Source of the DNA: Actinomycetota bacterium
GTDB lineage: Bacteria; Actinomycetota; Thermoleophilia; Gaiellales; Gaiellaceae
DNA: 64,000 nt
Assembly (NCBI GenBank): GCA_046732255.1
Contig: JBKPMR010000061.1
Span: 17,436 to 81,435 of the forward strand
Direction of reading: 5' to 3'
Position numbers and translations under genes: made by a program. Within the stretch, counting starts at the first letter, position 1. The number at the start of each line of letters is the position of its first letter. Below the pieces are notes generated by a model, which worked only from the letters and a program-made list of their open reading frames with translations, was not told where the DNA came from and made no database searches. This document shows positions 50,587-58,320 of this stretch, one piece after another.

Positions 50587-51879
50587 GTGTCTCAGGCCGA
50601 CCTGTCGATCGCCTCGGAGCCGCGGGAGTCAGCCGTCCACCGGCTCCTTCGGGCACCGCTGACACCGTGGTACCGGTTGGCGACCACGGGCACGTGGCTC
50701 GCGGCCGTGTGGGCGACCACCCACTGGTACTCGTGGCAGCGGACCATCGATCTGCTGTTCGGCTCGGACGTGGTCGAGTACGAGCGCGTCGCCCGGGCGG
50801 CACCCGGCTTCACGAATGAGCCGCTGCCGTCGCAGCACGCCGACCGGTTCGTCCCGCATTACCTGATCGGCCTGATCTCGGACGCGCTCCGTGTCGACGA
50901 CCGGATCGTCTACTACGTGGTCGCGTTCGTCCTCCTGGGCTTGATCGTGCTCCTGGTCGACCGGCTGATCGCGCCGCTGGGCCTCCGCCGGCTCGAGTAC
51001 GCGGTCGCGATCGGCGCGTTGATCGGGAACCCGTACATCTTTCGCTTTCTCGCCATCTGCCCCGGCCGCCTGGCCGACTCGGTGTTCATCCTCGGCGGGC
51101 TGGTCGCGCTGCTCGGCCTACTACGCGGCAACGGCTGGCTGCTGGTCGGCGGGCTGGCGGCGGCCACGTGCGGACGCAGCGAGGCGGTGTTCCCGCTCGC
51201 GGCGCTGGCGCCGTTCGGCGTGCTCTTGTCGCAGGAATGGCGGGGGAAGACACCGCGGGTGCGGATCACATCCGCCGTGCTCGCCCTCGGCGTCCCGCTC
51301 GCGGTCTACGGGCTCCTGCGCCTGGCCGACCACACGTTCTCGGTGCGCGACCACCCCAAGTTCTTCGGGCTGACGATCTTCGGAACGTTCCGCGACCTGC
51401 CGGAGAGCGGCGGGCGCTTCGGGCTCCATATCGCCCGGATCATCGTCGGCATCGCCGGCGCCCTCGCCGTCCTGGTCGGAGCGCTGGCGGCAAGGCGGAT
51501 CGGCCGTTTCTCGGCCCTGCCGTTGGCGTTCTGGGCAGGCCTCGCCGGTGGAATCGCCGTCTCCGGCGAGGCGCTCGTGCTCAACCCCAAGTGGATCAAC
51601 GGCAGCGAGCCGCTGCTCTCGGCACTCGGCGCCGCCTTCTTCGCCGTCGCCGCCGCGGCCGCGCTCGCCTCGCTGGACATCGGGCGCTGGCGGCTCCAGG
51701 TCACCGGCGGCCTGGTCGCGCTCGGGGCGCTCGCCGTGCTCTCGCTGAACCATCGGTATGCGGCGATCACGCCGGTCTCGACGCCCGGCCAGTTCGCGGC
51801 GCTCACGGCGGTGTTCGCAGTCGTGGCCGCGGCGGCAATCGCCTTCGGTGGCTCGCGCGAGCGGTCGGCAGAGTCCTGA
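50587..51879 (+). CDS. polytopic membrane protein (polymerase/ligase- or GT-C-like, unassigned)
   Basis: 430 aa, about 11 hydrophobic segments. I recognise no soluble-domain motifs. GTG start uncertain. Confidence 0.45.
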   Translation: MSQADLSIASEPRESAVHRLLRAPLTPWYRLATTGTWLAAVWATTHWYSWQRTIDLLFGSDVVEYERVARAAPGFTNEPLPSQHADRFVPHYLIGLISDALRVDDRIVYYVVAFVLLGLIVLLVDRLIAPLGLRRLEYAVAIGALIGNPYIFRFLAICPGRLADSVFILGGLVALLGLLRGNGWLLVGGLAAATCGRSEAVFPLAALAPFGVLLSQEWRGKTPRVRITSAVLALGVPLAVYGLLRLADHTFSVRDHPKFFGLTIFGTFRDLPESGGRFGLHIARIIVGIAGALAVLVGALAARRIGRFSALPLAFWAGLAGGIAVSGEALVLNPKWINGSEPLLSALGAAFFAVAAAAALASLDIGRWRLQVTGGLVALGALAVLSLNHRYAAITPVSTPGQFAALTAVFAVVAAAAIAFGGSRERSAES

Positions 51880-51966
51880 GCCGTTACCGCACAGTCACGA
51901 ACGTGTGCCGATACGCGGACCGCTCCCGATCGAGCGCGATTGCACCGTACTGTGGACGACGGCGTC

Positions 51967-52053
51967 GGAGGGTGAAATCCCGAGGCGGGATGAGCAGTTG
52001 AGAGCTGACTCGACCGACGCGAGTCGGTTCCGGTTCGAGTCCGGCGCCCTCCG
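51967..52053 (+). tRNA. tRNA-like gene with non-canonical 8/4 cloverleaf, long variable arm, anticodon GAG (allo-tRNA-like)
   Basis: 8-bp acceptor (51967-51974 with 52045-52052). D-arm AUCCCG/CGGGAU with a tiny loop. Anticodon loop UUGAGAG. Variable arm ACCGAC-GCGA-GUCGGU. 4-bp T-stem CCGG/CCGG with loop UUCGAGU. Discriminator G52053. No CCA in register. Folded by hand. Confidence 0.55.
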
Positions 52054-52118
52054 CGCCAACACAGCTACGATAGTTGGAAGCTCTCAGCTGCTCGCGGGCA
52101 GTCAGCCCGTTTCACCTT

Positions 52119-52142
52119 GGAGCCCGTCTCACGGCGGGCTCC
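52119..52142 (+). terminator. GC hairpin downstream of the tRNA-like gene
   Basis: GGAGCCCG-TCTCACGG-CGGGCTCC followed by GAACTTTCCC. 65 nt after the tRNA-like 3' end. Could equally serve the convergent DUF2304 operon. Confidence 0.35.
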
Positions 52143-52230
52143 GAACTTTCCCGGTCGTGCCCACCGACCTCTGATGTCAGCCATATGTGACAGCCCGGAC
52201 GGGTGAACCGGCCGGCTCGGCTAGGCAGGC

Positions 52231-52581
52231 CTAGTCGTGTTCGCGCAGACGCTGCTCGAGCAGAGCCAGCCGCTGGGCGAGCATCGTGTTCTGGTCGTGC
52301 AGCTTCGAGATCACCGTCGAGTAGTGCAGCAGCACGAGCAGGACGAAGAGCGCGCCGACCGCGAACAGGACCGCGGGCGGATACGTCTCGATCCCGACCC
52401 AGCCGGCGATCGTGTTCAGACCGGAGCGCCACAGCGACAGCGCGAGCAGGACGACGCCCGTGAGCAGCCAGAGCAGCGCGTAGCGCTCGCGCAGCCGCCG
52501 GCTGCGGATCAGCTCGAGCACGACGAGGATCAGGATCACCGAGGCGATCGCGGCGACGATGGAGACGACGAGCGGGGTCAC
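52231..52581 (-). CDS. DUF2304-family small membrane protein
   Basis: 116 aa. Three TM segments plus a C-terminal helix, ...IRSRRLRERYALLWL...LHYSTVISKL. GTGA overlap with the upstream GT2. Confidence 0.75.
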   Translation of the reverse strand: MTPLVVSIVAAIASVILILVVLELIRSRRLRERYALLWLLTGVVLLALSLWRSGLNTIAGWVGIETYPPAVLFAVGALFVLLVLLHYSTVISKLHDQNTMLAQRLALLEQRLREHD

Positions 52582-53420
52582 TTCACCTCCTCCAGCGGAG
52601 TGACGTTCTTGCGGAACAGCCCGACGAACAGGGCGAGGAGCACCTTCACCATGTAGTAGACCGAGGCAAGCGCGCCGATCGACGAACGGCCCGCGGAGCG
52701 CTCGCGCATCTGCACGGGCACCTCGGTCATCCGCAACTGGTGCTTGTGCACCATCAGCGCCGCCTCGACCTCGGGGTAGTCGTGCGGGTAGTCGGCTGCG
52801 AAGAGCGCGATCGCGCGGCGGTTGAGCGCCTGGAAACCGGAGGTCGGATCGGTGACACGGCGGCGGACGATCAGCGACAGGGTCCCCGCCAGGATGGAGA
52901 TACCGAGCCGGCGCGAGCGCGACGAGCGGTACCCGCCGCCCGAGCTGGATACGCCGGCGGCCGAGCCGCCGGCGCCCTGCCCAGGGTCGGGGGCGTCTGC
53001 GGCGCCCCCGGGGGCGAACCGGGTGCCGACCACGATGTCGGCCTCGTCGGCCAGCACGGGCGCGAGCAGCGCACCGAGCTGGGCAGGGTCGTGCTGCCCG
53101 TCGCCGTCGACGCGGACCGCGACGGCGAACCCGTTCTCGAAGGCGTAGCGGAAGCCGGTCTGGACCGCCCCGCCGATCCCGAGGTTGAACGGCAGCCGGA
53201 CGACGTGTGCACCGAGCCGCTCGGCGGCGGCCGCGGTTGCGTCGGTCGAGCCGTCGTCGACGACGACGATCGCGAAATCGGGATCGAAGGCGCGGATCTC
53301 CTCGATCACGTCGGCGACGCAGTCCTGCTCGTTGAACGCGGGCACGATCGCGATCCGCCGGACCGCAGCGGGAACCGCGGATCCGCCCGCCGGACGGCTC
53401 TGGGTCACGACCTCAGCCAC
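52578..53420 (-). CDS. GT2 polyprenyl-phosphate glycosyltransferase (DPM1/GtrB-like)
   Basis: ORF 52578..53579. IAIVPAFNEQDCV...IVVVDDGSTD...RVDGDGQHDP....IVVGTRF. Has a Gly/Ser/Ala-rich insertion (about 52923-53015). GTG 53420 chosen as start. Confidence 0.8.
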   Translation of the reverse strand: MAEVVTQSRPAGGSAVPAAVRRIAIVPAFNEQDCVADVIEEIRAFDPDFAIVVVDDGSTDATAAAAERLGAHVVRLPFNLGIGGAVQTGFRYAFENGFAVAVRVDGDGQHDPAQLGALLAPVLADEADIVVGTRFAPGGAADAPDPGQGAGGSAAGVSSSGGGYRSSRSRRLGISILAGTLSLIVRRRVTDPTSGFQALNRRAIALFAADYPHDYPEVEAALMVHKHQLRMTEVPVQMRERSAGRSSIGALASVYYMVKVLLALFVGLFRKNVTPLEEVK

Positions 53421-54699
53421 GTACCGCCTCCTGCCCAGCCGGAATGCCGGCCCCGCCGTGCGGGGCTGTTCCGTCAAAGCCCTGACCCGAAGGGGCAGGG
53501 CTCTGTGGTTGCACGCCGAGCCCGAGCAGGCCGAGGAGACGCCGCGCCCGGTGCAGGAACGTGTGCTCGTCGAGGGCACGCTCCCGCGCCGCCCGGCCCA
53601 TCTCCTCCGCCTGGGCCGGATCGTCGAGGAGCTGTACGTACGCGTCGGTCGCCTGGTCGGCGTTCTCGACCACGAGCAGCTCGCGACCGGGCTCGAACCA
53701 GCGGTCGATTCCCTCGTGCGGGTTCGAGACGATCGTCGCGCCGGACATCGCCAGCTCGAACGGCCGAGAGGTGGACGAGGCGTACACGGAGGCGTGCGCG
53801 CGGCGGGTGACGTTGAGGTTGATCCGGGCCGTGGAGATCGCCCGCGAGAACACGTTGAAGGGGACGTCGCCGGCGAGCCGGGCGCGGCCGACGTCGCCGC
53901 GGAAGTCGCGCCCGCCGAGGGAGAAGTCGGCGTCGAGGCGCCGGCTCGGCTCGCCGATCATCGCCGCCGTCCACTCCTGGCGGAACTTGTCGCCGTAGCC
54001 GTAGAAGAAGACGTCGGTCTCCTTGTCGACGTCGTGCGGCCGGAACAGCTCGGGGTCGGCGCCCCAGAAGACCGCCTCGGCCCGACGCGCCCCGAGCTCC
54101 CGCAGCCGATCGAGGCCGCCCTCCGAGTTGGAGACGACCAGGTCGTACTCCGACGGATCGGCGCCGAAGTAGTAGTTGAAGCCGGTGTCGTGGCCCCCGA
54201 ACTCGGGCAGGCTCATCGGCACGTCGCCGTCGTAGAAGACGACGGGGACGCCGAAGCGCTCGCGGAGCAGGGTCGGGATCCCGCGGAGGTGGCTCATCGG
54301 GACGGTGAAGACGACGACCGCGTCCACGTCGCGCTCGCGCTCGAGCAGCTCGACGAGGTGCGTCCGCCAGCGCGGGGTCACCCAGCGCCAGATCGCCTGA
54401 CGGACGAAGCGGTCGGTGTCGCCGGGATCGCGCTCGGCGCGTCGGAGGTAGCGGTCGCCCTTCAGGCGTGCGGCGAGGTCGCGCACGCGCGCGAACGCCT
54501 CTCCCTCGTAGTAGCAGGGGTTCGCTGCCGTCCGCCACCAGGGCGACTCGACCGGGCGGCCTCGGTACGGCGTCACGATCAGGTCGCAGCCGGCCTCGTG
54601 CAGGCCCTTCCAGAGCTGCCACCACGCCGGCGTGCAGCCGTAGCGGAAGTCGAGGTCGACCGCGGACGCGACCGCAAGGATCTTCGGGGCGGCCTTCAC
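53413..54699 (-). CDS. CgeB-family / Glyco_trans_1_2-like glycosyltransferase
   Basis: 428 aa, ...DVFFYGYGDKFR......INLNVTRRAHA....SSTSRPFELAMSGA.IVSN. Confidence 0.6.
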   Translation of the reverse strand: MKAAPKILAVASAVDLDFRYGCTPAWWQLWKGLHEAGCDLIVTPYRGRPVESPWWRTAANPCYYEGEAFARVRDLAARLKGDRYLRRAERDPGDTDRFVRQAIWRWVTPRWRTHLVELLERERDVDAVVVFTVPMSHLRGIPTLLRERFGVPVVFYDGDVPMSLPEFGGHDTGFNYYFGADPSEYDLVVSNSEGGLDRLRELGARRAEAVFWGADPELFRPHDVDKETDVFFYGYGDKFRQEWTAAMIGEPSRRLDADFSLGGRDFRGDVGRARLAGDVPFNVFSRAISTARINLNVTRRAHASVYASSTSRPFELAMSGATIVSNPHEGIDRWFEPGRELLVVENADQATDAYVQLLDDPAQAEEMGRAARERALDEHTFLHRARRLLGLLGLGVQPQSPAPSGQGFDGTAPHGGAGIPAGQEAVRG

Positions 54700-54717
54700 C
54701 GCACCTCAGTATGGAGA

Positions 54718-55098
54718 TCAGGCGGGAAGGAGCGCCACGTGGTAGGCGGCGAGCGCTCGATCGCTGGTGACGAGCGTGAGTCCCTCGACCTGCGCCTGGG
54801 CAATCAGCAGCCTGTCGAAGGGATCTCGATGGTGTCGCGGGAGCGCACCGGCGGCAAGGCCGTGCTCCCACGTCACTGTCAGCTGGGTGAATCCGGCGAC
54901 GTCCAGCTCAGCGCGAAGATCCGCGGGATTCACCTCGAGTTTCCCCAGCGCGCGTTTGATCGCGGCTTCCCATACGGACACCGCGCTCACAAGAACCTGA
55001 CTTTCGGCGTCGTGGACAGCTGCCCGGGTCTCCGGTCGAAGCCGGTTCGGCCGGCCCAGCGCCCAGAGCATCGCCTGCGTGTCGAGGAGGAGCCTCAG
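54718..55098 (-). CDS. vapC: PIN-domain toxin VapC, start extended to CTG
   Basis: ORF track gives 54718..55071 (MLWALGR...). The 9 codons upstream read L-R-L-L-L-D-T-Q-A and supply the conserved first PIN Asp. CTG 55098-55096 overlaps the antitoxin TGA (CTGA). Confidence 0.7.
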   Translation of the reverse strand: MRLLLDTQAMLWALGRPNRLRPETRAAVHDAESQVLVSAVSVWEAAIKRALGKLEVNPADLRAELDVAGFTQLTVTWEHGLAAGALPRHHRDPFDRLLIAQAQVEGLTLVTSDRALAAYHVALLPA

Positions 55099-55343
55099 AG
55101 CTCTTCGTCCTCGGCGCCTTCGAAGAGCGCGATGAGCTCCTCGTCCGTCTCGTCGAAGTCGTCTGCAATCCAGATCTTCCCCTCGAGGCCGCCGAGCTTC
55201 CGCGGCTCCTTCGCCTCGTACTTGACGAGCTTGGCGACGGGCTTGCCCGCCCTGGCGATCACGACCTCCTCGCCGTCGTTGACCTTCTCGACGAGCTTGG
55301 AGAGCGTGGACTTCGCCTCGTGCATGTTGACGATCGTGGCCAT
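55095..55343 (-). CDS. Phd/YefM-family antitoxin
   Basis: 82 aa, MATIVNMHEAKSTLSKLVEKV..GEEVVIARAGKPVAKLV. Acidic C-terminus. Confidence 0.85.
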   Translation of the reverse strand: MATIVNMHEAKSTLSKLVEKVNDGEEVVIARAGKPVAKLVKYEAKEPRKLGGLEGKIWIADDFDETDEELIALFEGAEDEEL

Positions 55344-55344
55344 G

Positions 55345-55374
55345 CGCTAGTTAGCTAAATCTAGCTAACTAGCG
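55345..55374. promoter_or_regulatory. 13-bp perfect inverted repeat, likely TA operator/promoter
   Basis: CGCTAGTTAGCTA-AATC-TAGCTAACTAGCG starts 2 nt upstream of the antitoxin ATG. AT-rich island in GC-rich DNA. Overlaps the stop of the methyltransferase gene at 55365. Confidence 0.6.
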
Positions 55375-56024
55375 TAGCAGACTCGCGCCTCGGTCCGGTA
55401 CCGGAACGGGAACGGCGACTCGGGCTGCTCCGCGCCGAGCCCGCGGACCTGCTCGAGAACACGGGCGCGCTCGTCGTCCGGCAGCCGCGCGATGTACGAG
55501 ATCGTCCCGATCCGCTCGGCGAGGCCTTCGGCGTCGAACCACTGCTCGAACGTCGTCGCGAACTCCTCCGCCGACCTGAACAGCGGGCTCGCGTCGACGA
55601 CCGGGATCCAGCTCAGGATCTGCTCCGCCGTCGGCAGATACCGGCCGATGATCGCCTGCAGCTCCCGCTGCAGGGGATCGGCGAGGTCGCGGCCGTTACC
55701 GACGGTCGCGAGGGCACCGCCGGGGACGAGGACCCGGTGGATCTCCTCGAGCGCACGTTCCGTCTCGAACCAGTGGAACGCCGAGGCGGCGACGACCGCG
55801 TCGACGGAGTCGTCCTCGAGGGGCAGGCCCTCCGCCGAGCCCGCGAGCACCTCGGCGTCGGGGACTACCGTTGCCAGCTGCGCGCGCATCTCGGCGAGCG
55901 GCTCGACCGCGATCACGTGCGCGCCTGTCGGCACGAGATCCCGGGTCAGCTTCCCGGTCCCGGCGCCGAGGTCGACCACCGTCGTGCCGGGCCGGAGCCC
56001 GAGCCGGTCGCCGAGCCACTCCAC
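55365..56024 (-). CDS. class I SAM methyltransferase (Methyltransf_11-like)
   Basis: 219 aa, VVDLGAGTGKLTRDL...VIAVEP...DAVVAASAFHWF. Confidence 0.8.
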   Translation of the reverse strand: MEWLGDRLGLRPGTTVVDLGAGTGKLTRDLVPTGAHVIAVEPLAEMRAQLATVVPDAEVLAGSAEGLPLEDDSVDAVVAASAFHWFETERALEEIHRVLVPGGALATVGNGRDLADPLQRELQAIIGRYLPTAEQILSWIPVVDASPLFRSAEEFATTFEQWFDAEGLAERIGTISYIARLPDDERARVLEQVRGLGAEQPESPFPFRYRTEARVCYAS

Positions 56025-56113
56025 GAGCGCGGCCGGGTAGGTCGGCCGCCGGCGCTCGTAGGTCTCGGCGACGGAGCCGAAGGCGGCCGACGACGACCGG
56101 TCGAACCCTGCGC

Positions 56114-57646
56114 TCAGTATGCGCCCCGGCCGGCGAGGACCGCGGGCACCGTCTTCGCCAGGATCGAGATGTCGAGCCAGATCGACCAGTTCTCGAGGTA
56201 GTAGAAGTCGAGCCGTACGAGATCGTCGAACGAGAGGTCGGAGCGTCCCGAGATCTGCCAGAGGCCGGTCATGCCCGGGAGCACGTTCGAGCGGCGGCGG
56301 TGCCAGTCCTCGAGGAGGGCGTGGTCGCGGAGCGGCAGCGGACGCGGCCCGACGAGGCTCATCTGGCCGTGGAGGACGTTGAGCAGGTTCGGGAGCTCGT
56401 CGATCGAGAACCGGCGGAGGAGCCGGCCGACGGACGTGACGCGCGGGTCGTCCTTGATCTTGAAGAGCGCGCCGCCGGCCTCGTTCTCCCGCTCCAGGTC
56501 GGTCTGCTGGTCGGCGGCGCCGGCGACCATCGTCCGGAACTTGATCATCCCGAAGGTCTGCTCGCCGAGGCCGATGCGCGGATCGCGGTAGAAGACCGGC
56601 CCCCGCGAGCTGAGCTTGATCGCCCCGGCGATCGCGAGCCAGAGCGGGAGGCCGACGACGATCACGAGGCAGCTGACCAGCAGGTCGAACGTCCGCTTGA
56701 CCGCCCAGTCGGTGCCGGCGAACACGGGTGGGCGGAGCTCGAACAGCGGCAGGCCCTGACCCGGCACGTACTCGGCACGCTGCACGAGCAGCTCGGTCGT
56801 CTTCGGTGCGATCCGCACCTTCACCCCCGAGCGGTGGGCGTAGTCGACGATCTGGAGCAGCTGCCGGTCGGTGTAGTCCGAGTCGGTGACGATCAGCTCG
56901 TCGGCCGGATGCTGCTCGAGCACCGTGCGGAGCTCGTCGACCCGGCCCAGCCGCGGCAGATTGCGTGCGTCGTCGGCGTCCTCGCTGACGACGCCGACGA
57001 AGTCGTACTCGATCCCGCCGCGAACCGAGCCGAGCGTGCGCAGGAGGTGGTCCAGATGGTCGCCTTCGCCGACGACGATCGCCCGCCGGCGCACGCCGAT
57101 GACGTGCAGCGCCTCGCGGCTGATCGTGTCGTAGCTGGCGCGCAGCAGACCGTCGACGACGATCGCGATCACGAGCGCGGTCGGGATCAGGCCGAACGTA
57201 TAGAAGTCGTGGCCGGTGCCGAGCCCGAAGGCGAAGACGAGCAGGACGACGACGATCAGGGACGAGACGACCCGCCCGAAGCCCGCGCGGCGCTCGCGCT
57301 CGGCGTAGAGCCCCGCCTGCCAGTAGACGAGGATCGTCACGAGCGCGACGAACGGGAACCAGTCTGCGAAGCGCCCCGTCCAGATGATCCCCCAGTAGAT
57401 CGGCGTGTTGCCGTAGTAGAGCTCGCGCAGCACGAGGGCGCCGTACAGGGCAAACCCGACCGAGACCACGTCGATCGCGATGAGCGCGACCACGCTCGCG
57501 ACCCGGAAGGCGAGGTGCCGGAGTGGGCTGGAGGCGAGAAAGTAGGGGCGGCTGCGCCTGATGTCGGCTGCGATCGGCGCGTCGTTCGGCTCCGTCGCGC
57601 CGGCAGCGGTCGCGACATCCGCAGGCGGAGCTTCCTTTGTTGCCAC
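56114..57646 (-). CDS. undecaprenyl-phosphate hexose-1-phosphate transferase (WbaP/WcaJ-type, Bac_transf)
   Basis: 510 aa. 4 N-terminal TM segments, a Rossmann-like module (AIVVGEGDHLDHLL), and a C-terminal catalytic domain ...KRTFDL......PLWL...KLSSRGPVFY...R.G..G..F.M.KFRTM...DELPNL.NVL.G.MSLVGPRP. Confidence 0.9.
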   Translation of the reverse strand: MATKEAPPADVATAAGATEPNDAPIAADIRRSRPYFLASSPLRHLAFRVASVVALIAIDVVSVGFALYGALVLRELYYGNTPIYWGIIWTGRFADWFPFVALVTILVYWQAGLYAERERRAGFGRVVSSLIVVVLLVFAFGLGTGHDFYTFGLIPTALVIAIVVDGLLRASYDTISREALHVIGVRRRAIVVGEGDHLDHLLRTLGSVRGGIEYDFVGVVSEDADDARNLPRLGRVDELRTVLEQHPADELIVTDSDYTDRQLLQIVDYAHRSGVKVRIAPKTTELLVQRAEYVPGQGLPLFELRPPVFAGTDWAVKRTFDLLVSCLVIVVGLPLWLAIAGAIKLSSRGPVFYRDPRIGLGEQTFGMIKFRTMVAGAADQQTDLERENEAGGALFKIKDDPRVTSVGRLLRRFSIDELPNLLNVLHGQMSLVGPRPLPLRDHALLEDWHRRRSNVLPGMTGLWQISGRSDLSFDDLVRLDFYYLENWSIWLDISILAKTVPAVLAGRGAY

Positions 57647-58320
57647 GAGAGATCGAGTTTACCGGCGCGCCGTTCAGGCAATCTGGAGGCGTGCCCCGGC
57701 CCGAGCAGCTCGAAACGGTCTACCGCGCCCATCACGAGGCGCGGCGGCCGAAAGACTTCGTCTTCTGCGGGCCGGAGAGAAGCGCGCTCTTCCGCGAATG
57801 GGTCGGGACCGGCGGACGCGTGCTCGACGTCGGCTGCCGCTTCGGCGCTCTCACCCGGTCGTACCTGGACGGCAACCAGGTGGTCGGCGTCGACATCGAC
57901 CGCCGCGCGCTCGAGGCGGCGGCGGTGCTCGGGATCGAGCCGGTCTGGGCCGACGCGGCGGAGTCGCTCCCGTTCGAGGACGGGAGCTTCGACGTCGTGG
58001 TGGTCGGCGAGCTGCTGGAGCATCTTCCGCTGCCACAGCTCACGGCCGGCGAGGCGAGACGCGTGCTGCGGCCGGGAGGACGCCTGGTCGGCTCGGTGCC
58101 GAACGCCTACCGCCTGAAGGGGAGGTTGTCATTCCTCTTCGGCCGGCCGCCGGAGCCGGACCCGACCCATCTGCACCTGTTCTCGCCCGACGACCTGCGC
58201 CGGCTGCTTCAGGACTTCGACCAGGTACAGCTCCGCTTCGTCGCCGGACGGCTGACGGCGCTCCATCCACGCCTGTTCGCGAACGACATCTGCTTCAGGG
58301 CACGGAAGCCGCTGCGCTGA
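57637..58320 (+). CDS. class I SAM methyltransferase (Methyltransf_11-like)
   Basis: 227 aa, RVLDVGCRFGALT...VVGVDID...FDVVVVGELLEHL...LRPGGRLV. Start uncertain (TTG 57637 or GTG 57691). Confidence 0.75.
   Translation: MLPREIEFTGAPFRQSGGVPRPEQLETVYRAHHEARRPKDFVFCGPERSALFREWVGTGGRVLDVGCRFGALTRSYLDGNQVVGVDIDRRALEAAAVLGIEPVWADAAESLPFEDGSFDVVVVGELLEHLPLPQLTAGEARRVLRPGGRLVGSVPNAYRLKGRLSFLFGRPPEPDPTHLHLFSPDDLRRLLQDFDQVQLRFVAGRLTALHPRLFANDICFRARKPLR

Noticed and set aside
51967-52053. tRNA-Sec (selC) or a canonical tRNA-Leu assignment for the tRNA-like gene
   Set aside because: The anticodon is GAG rather than UCA, and the branch is 8/4 (12 bp) rather than the bacterial tRNA-Sec 8/5. It is not a canonical tRNA-Leu either: no U8/A14, a 6-bp D-stem with a tiny loop, and G rather than A at the discriminator.
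52104-52135. Possible third, degenerate copy of the CGTTTCACC...GTCTCA double-hairpin repeat downstream of the tRNA-like gene
   Set aside because: Similarity is limited to CGTTTCACCTTGG and GTCTCA. The 3' arm (GTGAAACG) is missing. This is too weak to call without a search.
51880-52230. Possibility that the 350-nt gap encodes tmRNA (ssrA), because of the GGTTCGAGTCC T-loop
   Set aside because: The strand complementary to the 3' acceptor half lies only 87 nt upstream, not ~350 nt. There is no GGGG...-type tmRNA 5' end, no resume-codon or tag-peptide ORF ending in ..LAA, and no ACCA terminus.
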